A stretch of 64,000 bases of DNA. Origin: Raillietiella orientalis. Its lineage: Eukaryota. Under the pieces are notes generated by a model. The model did no database searches. It was given only the letters and a program-made list of their open reading frames with translations, and was not told the origin of the DNA. Position 1 is the stretch's first letter. Every line of letters starts with the position of its first letter. The stretch covers positions 1 to 64,000 of the forward strand of contig JAYWIR010000053.1 of NCBI GenBank assembly GCA_036172245.1, given 5' to 3'. A program made the position numbers and the translations under genes. Shown here one piece after another: positions 11,005 to 22,518 of this stretch.

Positions 11005-14000
11005 TCACAGTTGCTGGTGGGGCCGTTGCATCCTTTGCAGGATGCCGGTAAGCTCCTTCTGTATTCCTGGATCCAGGTGGGGCCATGAAGACGCCCTCCT
11101 CAGGAACTGGGACGCTCGCTGGATGGCACCCTGGTCGCGTTGTCCTCCCGTAGCCTTGCTCCAGGCGGTGACGATCCCTCGTAGCCCGCACAAAGCTGCT
11201 AACGAGGCCGCTGGCCGAAGGGCGTTGGCTACGAAGAGGGCTTTCAGTGCGTCCCTGGGGTTGCCGCAGGGGATTCCGATGGCCGCGGCAAAGCGAAACC
11301 AAAGGGGCCGAAGGACAACACAATCCACTAGCAGGTGGGGGAGGGAGTTCCGTTCCCCACACCTGACGCAATTTGGGTCCACAGCTCCCCAGGTCCAGTG
11401 GTGTCGGCGGGCGTTGCTGGGGAGTCCCCAGTGCTGCAACAGGAGAGCCGACTCCTGCCATTTTAAGAGGAGGGCGGAAGTGTTCATGAGCATCGGGGGC
11501 CACTTCAGATGTTCAATGGGAACATTGAGCAGCGCGCCCCAGCGCAGAAGTCCATTGGGAGGCGTACTCGGAGACGCAGCGTCTGTTAACAGGCCCGTCT
11601 TCCACTCTCCTATCTTCTTCTCCTTTGCGGAGATTGTTACTATAATTACCCACTTCGCCGCAACATCGCTGTCCAGATCTACCATCAGGGAGGGCAGCGC
11701 AGCAGCGAGGGGGGTTCTTCCTGCCCACGCTCTCTTCTTTGGATCCTTCAGGATCTCGCGAAGCGTGCAACTTCTGTAACCCACAAACAGGAACCTTCGT
11801 TCCTGTTGGGAGCGTTGCATCCCGAACTGTCCCCACGTTCGAACGGTTTCCTGCAACCAGGCACAACCGTTCAACGGGCGACAGGTGAGCAATCCTGGGT
11901 TTTTTCGATACAGCGCGGCCACCCTCCGTAGTTGGAGTCCGCATCGGTTGACGCGGCGACGGAGTGCAAGAAACGACGTCAGTCCAGTCTTGCAGGTGGC
12001 TTGCTGGAGTAGGAGACGTGCAGAAACGCACCAACAGGTGCACCACCACTCTGGAACGAGTGCCGACAAGCGGAATTGGAGCTGAAGCTCCAGCCGCTCC
12101 AGCGTCAGGAGGCCCAGACCACCATTTCGACGAGGAGCGCACAAGTCCTTTAAGCGGCCTCGGGCCCTCCCGTTGCCCCAAAGGGCGATACGGAGGAGGT
12201 CCTTTGTTCGCTTTTCAATTCTCTCTGTTTGGGGGCAAACAAGAAGCAGGGAGCGAAGGAGAGAAGCCGCGAACGTGTTTCAAACCGCGGCCCGTTCAGG
12301 CAGGAAAAACTTGCCACCTCGGAACGGGCCGATCGCCGTCTCTACTTTTTGGAGGCAGCCGGACCACGCTTCCGCAGGGGAGTAGTCCCCCAACGGCACA
12401 CCAAGGTACTTGAAGTACCTCACCGTGGGGATCCCCAAACGGAACGAGTCCTGCTGCCCTGCCCACGCCGCACCAACTGGCATCACGGACGACTTCGCTC
12501 TGTTCGCCGTAAGTCCGGTTCCCCGATGCAGCAGGTCGAAGAACTCCTCGACCGCTGCAGCCGTGGTGGACATAGGGAGCAGCAGCAGAAGGTCGTCCGC
12601 GTATGCTGAAACGGCCAGCGTACCGGCAGAGTCGTGCGGCAGTTGCGCCAGAGTTTCCCTGTACGCTCTCAGTACCAACTCAAAGTAGGTACTGAAGAGC
12701 AAGGGGCTCAGGCTGTCTCCCTGCTGGATCCCACGCCGCACCGGCACGCTGTGCACGGTCTGCCCGCTGAAAGTAACATGGATAAGCGCGTCGCGCCAGC
12801 AGGAACGGAGATAGGCCACTAATGAGGCCGGGAAGCCCAAGCGTTCCAGAAGCTCCAGAAGGAGATTCTGGTCGACGCAATCGAATGCTTTTCGCAAGTC
12901 GATTGCGACCGCAAGGGCTACCTCCCCCACCCGACCATCCAACCCCTTGCCGGTGAACGCACCGGAATTCCGGCTGCGCCCCAAGCTCCTTTCATGTTGG
13001 AGCTCTAGCCTGGTGGAAGCGTGGAACAGGTTCGCCTCTATGCTTCGCCCGGGAACAGCATATGTCTGTTCCGGGCTGATGAAGATGTTGGCAACCCGTC
13101 CCAGACGCTCTGTCCAAACCTTTGCTAGCAACAAGGCGTCCGCATTCACTATTGTGATGGGACGCGAGCTGTTCATGCTCCTCAGATCTGCTCCTTTAGG
13201 GAAGAAACGCACCTTTGCCGAACGAAACGAGGCGGGAACGTCATCAGTTTCGCGTATCAGCAAGGTGAGTTGCTGTACCAGGGGGGTAAGCTCAGCCGCG
13301 AAAGTTTGATGAAACTCCGCGGGCAGGTCGTCCTCCCCTGGAGCCTTTCGCCTCTTGAGCTTTTCGATGGCCGAGAGGATCTCGTCCATCGTGAAAGGCT
13401 CGTCGAGGGTCTTTCTCTGCTCCACCCCGATCGCTGGAGCGCCTTCCGGAAGCAGGAGTCGTGAGACGTTCCTCTTCGGAGGTGCCCTGGCATACAGGGA
13501 GGAGTAGTAACTCCTCAGCAGGCCGCGGATTTGGGCAGGTACCGAGTGCTCCTGCCCCTGATCGTCCAGTAAGCTGGCCGATCCGGACTGCCAGGCTTAC
13601 CTCACGGCTCCCGCTTTGTATTCCGCCAGCCTGCGGATGTCGAGAGTCGTGGCGTAACGACGGACCTGCAGGTAGGCTCGTTCGTTACGGGTCCCGGTCC
13701 CAAAACCCGTAGGTAGACGGTGCAGAGGGAACTAGTCGCAGAACTCCTAGACCGACCGCTTCAAGCGGTCCCAATCCTGGAGTGTCCGCAGACTGAATCT
13801 CCGTATGAACGTGCGGAGATGTTACGCCGCGTCCAAGAACTTCAGCCAGTCCCCTGGGAGACGCCACGCTGACGAGGGGGGGGCCCCTGTCGCGCGGATG
13901 GATCTCGAGGACTAGCGGGCGATGGTCGGACAGCTCGCACGGTAACTTGCCGCGCCTGCCCACGCGAGGGCACAGGTGCTCGTCAAGAAACACGTGGTCA

Positions 14001-14586
14001 ATGCTGTCTTCCATCCCCGGTGCACTGGCCAACAAATTACAGGTGTGCACCGCCATGCACTCCTCGTTGACCAGGTCACGCTCGGGATTCTGCCCATCTG
14101 GTTTCAGGCGAACGTTGAAATCGCCTGCAACCCGATGGTCATTCCGCACACCTGCTTCGTTCAGCAGTCTCGCCGGAGGGTAAGGAAAAACTCTTTCCTC
14201 GTTCTCCTGTTCTTCAGGTCCTTGCCGCTCGGTGCGTACACGTTCGTTACGATCAGATCGATCGAGTCGGACTACCTGAGAGTCAGCTGGCCGACACGAC
14301 TGTGATCGTCGAACCGCACGCTTCGAGCCGCGGCCTCGACGGCTGGCCGAAGCAGGTAGGCGACACCGCAACTTTTCGCTCTCCCACACCTGTACCATAG
14401 CCGCCCTCCGGAGATCCGTTCGATCTCTTGCGCTTGTTCTGCAGATATCAAGTGGATCTCCTACAGCAGCCCAAGGTCGTAGGACTCCAGAAAGGCGGCC
14501 ATGTCTCGTCTCCTGCCGGTGTCTGTCATGCCGTTCACGTTTTAAACGGCGATGCGCAGACGACGGCAGGAGGAGATTCCCGGCAT
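11005..14586 (-). pseudogene. A1 ORF2 (endonuclease, RT, zinc finger)
   Basis: AGDFN, SIDH, SDH, DLRKAFD, QGDSLSP, YADD and CVRC...PHLLVDC, with multiple frameshifts. Confidence 0.92.
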
Positions 14587-16199
14587 TACTGCTGGGAAGA
14601 TTAAGGTGTGGGGGAGCCCTCCTCTTGCGAGGCGGGCAAGATGTCCATGGGGGTTTCGGCCTTCTCAGGCACCTGAGGCACCTGTTCGGCCTCCACCTTC
14701 TTTATCCTCTCCGTGTCCGCGCGTGGGAGTATCTCAAGCGACGGGTCCCGTGAGTTTCCCACGCTCATAGCACCCTCGCTTGCGGAAGCCATCCCTTCCC
14801 CTTCGACGGGGGAGACGAGCTTCCGTGTTTTTGTGGACTTACGTCCAGCCTTCTTGCGCGGTGCCGTAAAAACGGAGGCTGCGTTTCCGGCCTCCACCTC
14901 GGGGTCGGTAGTGGGGAACATCTGAGGGGAGGCCGGACGCCTTACGGCCTTCTTGCCAGCCTTGGAGGGTTCTGGCTGCAACGAAGCTGCCAGCTCCTTC
15001 GTGGCTCGCGCGAAGGCAACGTTATCGATGGTGGTGTTGATGACGGACGCCGCCGCCGGCTCGCTCTCCTTGCTGTTGACAGTGTCAACAGAGGGGAGGT
15101 CGTCGGTAGCGGCGAGTTCTTTCCGGCAGCGTTCGGCAACATCAAGAAAGCGTTCGACAACGACGCTGCGGTCTTTAATAATCGCGCTACCCAGCTCTTT
15201 CTGCTTCTGTTGGTAGGAGTTTTTCTATTCCATCCTCCTCTCCTTTGATTTTTTGGCCGTTGCCACTTGCCACCCAGTCTCCTGACAAGCTTCCTCAACT
15301 TTTTCGGCGTTGGTGGCCGGGGTCTCGGGTGCGGCCTGGATCTTGGGCACGGGTGGCACAGCCTTCGCGGCAGCTTTCGCCGCCAGCCTTTTCTGCAGAA
15401 GCCGGGCGCGTTTTTTAAGGTTTCTCTTGGAAACCACCCGCACTGCTGCTTTTGGGCACACCTCCCTCGTGTGGCCCATTGTGCCGCATACTTGGCACTG
15501 CACATTGGGACACCTCTTTTTGAGGTGGCCCGACGTATTGCAGAAGCCACAGTATTTCGGCTTCCCCACATACCAGAGGTCGACGGTTTCGCCTTCGACC
15601 ACCAGTTTGTGGGGAAGAGTGCAGCCCTCCTGAACGGTCACGCGCGCAGCAGTGAGGCCGTGTTGCAGCCCCGTGTAGTCCTCGAAAGGACTAACTTTCG
15701 TCCACTGCGCGTAGACCGTTCCGAACTGTTCCAAAGCGGCGCGAACCTGTTCTTTGCGGATTCGCGCGGTGACGCCTAACAGGTGGACCACCATGCTGCG
15801 GTCCGCCGTAGTGGGGAGGAGCCTGCGCGTTTCCATCACAACGGGGGTTTTAAGCAGTCGTTGGGCCAGCTCTGCATGTTTGCAGATGACCTCAACGTAC
15901 TGACCCCCACTGCGGATGGTCACAGCGCTGAGCTCCTCCTCTTTCACATCGAGAGCGCGCATGCCCTTCGAGAAGGCGCGCGCGCTCTCTAAAGAATATA
16001 AATTGCCTACCTTGTAGAACAATGAGGGGTTGTACCCCTCCTCTACATAGGCCGACAATTCCGCCGCGGCTGCAGGCGATGGCGCCGACACAACGGCGCT
16101 CCACGCCCGCGCTGCAGCGGGGACCGATTCTGTGGGGGCGGATGCCCCCACCTCCATCGCCTCTGGGGGCGACGTTGCCGCCGCCCTCTGGCTCTCCAT
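14586..16199 (-). pseudogene. A1 ORF1
   Basis: A 324-aa open stretch with CGFCNTSGHLKKRC and CQVCGTMGHTREVC, later stops, ending at the TAATG overlap (14584-14588). Confidence 0.9.
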
Positions 16200-16352
16200 C
16201 GCCTCTGGGGACGCGTTGCCGCTGCCCCCTGGCCATCCCTGGTGGTCGCGTCAGGCATCGCTGCCTGATCGACCACCGAACCACACGACGCTTGCACTGG
16301 GGGAGACTTCCTGGCACGAGGAGCACCGAGAAAACACGTCCACCCTGGAGCG

Positions 16353-18174
16353 CACAAAGCATTCGACTGCGTAAACCAGGAACTCCTCTTGGAGCTCCTG
16401 GAGCGTCTTGGTCTTCCGAATCATCTTCTCCTGTACTTGCGCTCCTGTTGCCGCCACGCGATTATCAACTTGTATTTCAGCGGCTCCCGCGTGTACGGAG
16501 TGGCCGTGCGCAGAGGCATCAGACAGGGCGACAGCTTAAGCCCGTTGCTCTTCAGCATCTACTTTGAGTTGGTGCTAAAAGCGTATAGGCTGACGCTGGC
16601 CGTCCTGCCCAGCGACTCTCCGTGCAATCCGTCCGCGGCAGCATACGCCGACGACCTTCTGCTTTTGTTGCCCATGTCTACTCCGAAGGACTCGGTCCAA
16701 GACTTCTTCGAGCTGATCCGTCGTGCCGCTGGGTGCGTCGTGGGAGGGACAGGCCGACTGGATTTGCCTGGGGATTCCCACGGTCAGGTACTTCAAGTAC
16801 CTTGGCGTACCGTTGGGCGACGTCTGCTCGTCTGAATCGTGGTCGGCCTGTCTTCAAAAGGCAGAGATGGCTCTAGGCCCGTTCCTGGACGGCAAGTTCG
16901 TATTGCCGGAAAGGGCGTGCATATGGAACACTTTCCTTGCCCCCCTCCTCCGCCCCTTATTTTTTGTTTGCGCGCCTCCCTATGTGGTTAAACTCCGGGC
17001 GCAGCGTCTTCTACGTGAGGTCTTGTGGTGCACTGCGCGATCCAGGGTTCGCCTCTAAGATTTGGTGGCGCCATGCCAGGACGGAGGCCTGGGCATCCTG
17101 ACCATCCAGAAGATTGGACTGCAAGTGCAGTTCCGGCTTCTATCCCTATGTGGGAAATTGAAGTGTAGTCACTGGTGTGCTCCGGCTCGGCATATTCTCC
17201 AGCGATGTGTCGGCAGTGCAGGATTGCTTTCGTTGCTGCCGCGCAACCTTCTCCGGAGAACTGGATTTGGCTACCCACTGAGGCATTTGTCCTCGTTGCT
17301 GTTAGCCCATTCCTGGATTTCCTGCCGCCCCTCCAATTGGAATGCTTGGCAGCAGGAAGCTCTGGAGCACTGGACGTCCACTTTGGATGTGCACCCAGAG
17401 CAACTGCGACCCATACAGGGCCTCTTACGCAAACCTCTGGGAGTGATTCTACAGGACTGGTTGCTTTGGTCCCGGATAGTCGTCTCACCCATCCCCGCAG
17501 CGCTGTCTGCTCTCAGGGCAAACAAGGACAGTAGCCAACCGGCAAGGTTGGAGTACTTCTGCAGCATTGAAGGAGTGGGAAGACTGCTGAGCGGCTGCAG
17601 AACGAGCGTTTTGTTAGACGCTGCCACTCCTCGTTACCTGGCAAAGCGACTTCTTCGTTGGAGTGAGGTTCTTGGATTACTCCCCGAAGATCTCGTGGTC
17701 CCTTCCTTGTGTGTGGACAGCTCCTTGTACTCGCTTCGATGGAAGCAGGATATTCTTTTTTTTCTGCACTGGGGATTCCAGTGCAATAAGCGCAGAAACT
17801 TCGTTACAGGGGGAGTCGTCTCTCCGAACTGCCTCAGGTGCTTGGCGATAGAATCGCTTACGCAACTGCTCCTTGAGTGTTGTGACTTCCAGGTGTTATG
17901 GCGAAGACTAGCTTCGGCACTTTGTCGTCCTCAGGACACTGCCACAGACCTGCTTCGACGCTTCTTCAGAAAAAACAGACTGGATAAAGGCGCTGTTATC
18001 GCAACAAACTCTTGCATCCGTGCAAACGTGATCGCCCGCCGTAAACTAGAAGGAAGCTCGCAGCAAACAGACGCCGCCAGAATCGCTGAGAATCCTATGA
18101 AAGCAGCTGTCAGGTGGCCTCATCTGCCCAGAAGAGTCTCCAGGGGAGTCGCCATTGTCAGACAGCGCTTCTAG
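16353..18174 (+). pseudogene. F ORF2 C-terminal half (from RT motif HKAFD to the stop)
   Basis: HKAFDCVNQ, QGDSLSP, YADD, KYLG and CLRC...QLLLEC. Confidence 0.92.
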
Positions 18175-18428
18175 AAAGATTAGGAACGTTTACGACCAAA
18201 GATCCCTGACCCCACCCTCCACTGTTTTTTTTGTTTGTTCTCTTATTTTTTGTTTATTTTGTATCCCTCTCCCTCTGTTCCTTTCTTTTGGAAGGCAACC
18301 TGCGTGCCGGTGATCTTTCTGAACTGAACTTTCTGTATGGGCGTTTCTTGTGTCTTGAAAGGATGAATTTGCCTTAAAAATTGTGGTTCGTTTTCACAAA
18401 TAAACGTCCCGGCGCAACCGGATTCAAA

Positions 18429-18716
18429 ACGCATCAGCGAGGAAAGGCTTAGCATCAGGGCAACGAGCTCCGCCGCCAAGCACTGAAAGACCTCCGGGGG
18501 GAGGCCTTACTCCCCAGGCGCCTTACGCCTCTTAAGGCCCGCTATAGCGGAAGATACTTATTCCGCCTTGAAGGGCCAATCCAATCTAGCGCGTTCCTCC
18601 TCGTCGATAGCAGGTTTACCCTTCGGAAGAAGCAGCAGGGATAGACTGCGTTCCGTGGGCTTCTCCGCGTACAACGAGGAGTAGTAGCCCTTGACTGCGC
18701 GGTGCACGGCGGACGC
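18429..18716 (-). pseudogene. G ORF2 fragment (start of RT region)
   Basis: YYSSLYA...LKRRKAPGE*GLP...LSSLMR, continuous with 3144 across the F TSD. Confidence 0.88.
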
Positions 18717-18824
18717 TCGTTCCTGCAAGGCTTCCATCTGCAGTCGCTCGCGGACTGGGACGACTTCAAGAGCTCAGTCCGCGAATTCTGCGACCAGTTT
18801 CCCCTGAACCGTCTCCCCCCAGGT

Positions 18825-18831
18825 TTCGACG
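18825..18831 (+). repeat. TSD of left D, TTCGACG (second copy TTCGGCG at 30558-30564)
   Basis: 6 of 7 bases match, and the site is the same as for the right-hand D insertions. Confidence 0.75.
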
Positions 18832-19036
18832 TTATCACCCGGGTACGCCCGGGGCGTTTATTAATAAACTTTACATGCGTGGCACAAGGCCCCACCACGG
18901 CCCTAAACACAGGACCTGTCGGGACATCGGAACGCAGCCCAGCGTAGCACTCCCCGACAGCGAAGGGGGATGGGGCAAAGACAAAAAGTAAAATAAAAAG
19001 AAACAAACAAAAAGAAGTTGGAGGGCAGGGAAGGCA

Positions 19037-22000
19037 TCACTGTTCGCTGTGGAGAGGGCCCATCCGTCGAACGGAGCCCTCGAGGTCAGTCTGCATATTC
19101 TCCAGCTGGGGCCATCCGGCAGCTCTTCGCAAGAAGCGTTGGGCATATGGGATGACATCCCTCGCGTGTTCACCCACTCCTTCCTTGTTGGTGTCGCTCC
19201 ATGCCGCCACGATGCCTCGGACGCAGCACAAGGCTGCAAGGGCTGCGGCTGGCTGCAGGGCGTTTTTCACGAAGAGGGGCCGAAGAACGTCTCTAGGGGA
19301 ACTGCCCGTTGGGAGACCAAGGATCGACCCCAACCGTTCCCAAAGGGGACGAAGGGCAGCACAGTCCACAATAAGGTAAGAGAGCGATTCCCGCTCTCCG
19401 CACCTGACACACGCAGGATCCACAACTCCTCTTGTCCAGTGAGAGCGGCGTGCGTTGCAGGGTAAACCCCAATGCAACAACAGAAACGCCGACTCTTTCC
19501 ACTTAAGGGGCAGGATCCTTGATTCCTGAAGAAGCGGGGGCCACTTCAGCACATCCATAGGGATGGCCAGCAGCTCTCCCTATCTTCTTAGTCCTCGCGG
19601 CTGTAAACTCGGGGTCGTGGCGTCTGCCAGTTCTCCTGTTGTCCAGCCGCTGATCAACTTTTCGCGTTCCTCGATGCAGCAGGAGACTTGCCACCTTGGC
19701 GTCCGGCTGCTGTGAAGTGCCCTCTTCAGGAAGGGCAGCGCCGTAGCAAGACAGGTCGTCTCTGCCCACGTGCATCTTGTTGGACTCTCCAGGAGATTCC
19801 GCAGCGTGCAGCGGGCGTAGGGGCTGCATCGAAGACGATTCCACGTCTCGTGGCTTGTCTGGATAACCACTGCCCACGTTCCAATATTTTCTTCCAGCCA
19901 GGCGGGGGAGTTGGCGGGGCAGCAAACCATCCAGCTGTTCTCCTTGGCCAATGTTGCTATGCGCCCGAGCAGTAGGCCGCATCTTCGCATCTTCCGGCCA
20001 CGGCTGAGAAGAAAAGACGCGAGTCCATCGCACCGGGACACACGGCTGGCCAGGAGGCGGGCCGGAGTGAACCAAGGGGTGCACCACATCTTCGCTAGGA
20101 TGGCCAGGGTTCGCCACCGCAGCTGCTTCTCCACGCGCTCCAGCGTCAGGAGGCCAAGACCGCCGTCCCGACGCGGAGCGCACAAGTCCTTCAGTGGGAC
20201 TCGGGGCCTCCCCTTGCTCCAAAGGGCGATACGGAGGAGGTCCTTCGTCCTCTTCTTGGATTCCACGGTGGGAGGGCAAACAAAAAGCAAAGGGCGGAGG
20301 ATGGGGGCCGCGAAGGCGTTCCGAACCGCGGCCCGTTCCGGCAAGTGAAACTTGCCAAGTGAAACTTCCAGGAACGGGCCGATAGCCGTCTCGACTTTTT
20401 GGAGGCAGCTGGACCACGCTTCCGCAGGGCAGTAGTCCCCCAACGGCACACCAAGGTACTTGAAGCACCTCGCAATGGGGATCCCCAGACGGACCCAGTC
20501 CTGCTGCCCTGCCCACGCCGCACCTATTGGCACAACCGACGACTTCGCCCTGTTAACCTGCAGTCCGGTCCCGCGGCTTAGCAGATCGAAGAAGTCTCCG
20601 ACCGCCTTCGCCGGGGTGGACATTGGCAACAAGAGCAGAAGATCGTCGGCGTACGCTGCTACGGCGGGCGTGCCGGGGCACGAGCTCGGCAAGAGAGCCA
20701 AAGTCACCTTGTGCGTTCTCAGCACTTACTCAAAGTAGGTGCTAAAGAGCAGGGGGCTGAGGCTATCGCCCTGCCTTATGCCCCGCCGAACCGGCACGCC
20801 ATACACCTTCTGTCCACTGAAACAAACGGTAATGATCGCATTCCGCCAGCAAGAGCGCAGGTAGGAAATCAGGGAGGGTGGGAAGCCCATGCGACCCAGG
20901 AGCTCCAAAAGGACTTCCTGGTCTACACAGTCGAACAGGCGTTCGACTGTGTAGACCTGGAAGTGTGGAGATCGACTGCGAGCGCTAGGGCCCTCTTTTC
21001 TGCCCGAGGGTCCCTTCCCAGCCCAGCTGGCGGCCCCAATGTGGGGTTGCCGACTTTCCCTATCCCTTTCTTTTCTCTTCTTTGCAGATGCACCCATGTG
21101 CTTGCGAAGAAGAGGTTGGCATCCATACTTCGCCCAGGAACCGCATAAGTCTGCTCCGGGCTAATTACGGATTCTGCCACCTGCCCCAGACGCGAAGCTT
21201 ATAGCCCTGCTATCAACTTGGTGACCGTATTCACGATCGTGATCGGACGCCAGTTCTTTAAATTCCTGAGGTCTCCCCCGTTAGGAAGGAGCCTCACTCT
21301 CGCTGACCGAAACGAGGCCGGAACATCGCCCTCGTCACGGATCAGCCTGATCAGCTTAAGCAGCAGGGGTGCCAGCACTTCCGCGAAGCTCTGAAAAAAC
21401 TCCGCGGGCAAGCCGTCTTCCCCTGGAGCTTTACGCCTCTTCAGCCTTTTGATACCGGCGAGAATTTCGCCTGTGGTAAAAGGCTCGTCGAGGCTTTCTA
21501 TCTCCTCCTCCCCTATTGCCTGGGCGCCATCCGGAAGCAAGCGCCGAGAGGCGTTTCGATCCTATGTCTCCATGGCGTAAAGGGAGGAATAGAAACTCCG
21601 CACGAGATGCCGTACCGACGCCGGGGACGAACATTCCCGGCCATGGTCGTCCAGCAAGCTGGCCGACCCGGATTGCCAGGCTTGGCGTTCGGCCCCGGCG
21701 CGGTACTCGGCCAGGCGACGGACATTAGGGGTTCTCTCGTACCTACGAGCCTGTAAATATGCCCGATGGTTGCGAGCACCCTCGCCGAATCCGGGGGGCA
21801 GGCGATCCAGGGGGAACTGCTCACAGAACTCGCGGACCGATTCCTTAAAAAGGTCCCAGTCCTGGAGATTCCGGAGCGTGACACCTCTCAGGTATTCGCG
21901 AAGGTATTCCTTCGCACCTGAGAGTCGCGTCCAGTTCCCCGGAAGACGCCAATCCCTGGATGGCGGTCCCTTGTCACGAGGCCGCATCTCGAAAATTAAC

Positions 22001-22205
22001 CGGGAATGGTCCGACAACGTCGACGCAACCCTGCCCCGTTTGCCGACCCGTGAACACAGGTCAGCGTCGAGGAAGACGTGGTCGATGCTGCGGACCATTC
22101 CCCTCTCACCCGCGAACAAGTTGCGCGCACGCATGGCGGCGCACAACTCGTTCATCGCTTTCACTTGTGTTTCCGGCTCACCTGTTAGCAGGCGGAGATT
22201 GAAAT
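19037..22205 (-). pseudogene. Left D ORF2, from the FN of GDFN to the stop
   Basis: SIDH, SDH, WRPITIVN, QGDSLSP, YADD and CVRC finger, with stops. Confidence 0.93.
22197..22205 (-). repeat. TSD of left C, ATTTCAATC (second copy at 28113-28121)
   Basis: Identical 9-mer on both sides. The empty site is visible in D2 at about 57348. Confidence 0.92.
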
Positions 22206-22518
22206 TTATCCCCCGTTTACGCCGGGGCGTTTATTAATAATAATAAACTGGTCAGGGACAATGTCCCCAACCAAGAGAACGACAGAGAACATAGAAAAAT
22301 TACCGGCACGCAGGCCTGGTAAACAAACCGCTCGCAGCGTGGGGGGAATGAGGGGAAACAAACAAAAATCAAAAACTGGAGGGAAGGGTAACGGGTTTTT
22401 GGTTAGGCTCCGTACTCAAGGGGATTCATACGATGAGCACCTAAAATGTTCCGAAGCCTATGCGGACGCGGGTGTAAAAAGAAAATACAAATTTAGTTTA
22501 TGGAGGGTAGGGCAATGA

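Larger units (their letters stand above)
10985..16350 (-). mobile_element. Non-LTR retrotransposon A1, antisense in F; 5' end intact, 3' UTR truncated
   Basis: 5' GGACGTG at 16335-16341, ORF1 and ORF2. The 3' UTR stops about 20 nt after the ORF2 stop. No TSD found. Boundaries are approximate to about 5 nt. Confidence 0.85.
3145..18428 (+). mobile_element. Non-LTR retrotransposon F, antisense in G RT; contains B and A1; endonuclease and RT N-terminal half deleted
   Basis: 12-bp TSD, 5' GGACGTT at 3156, ORF1 in two parts, ORF2 C-terminal half at 16353-18174, 3' end AATAAAcgtcccggcgcaaccggattcaaa. Confidence 0.85.

Noticed and set aside
18705..18831. Twin-priming 5' inversion at the G/J head-to-head junction
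   Set aside because: J is a different family and duplicates the RT region already present in G.
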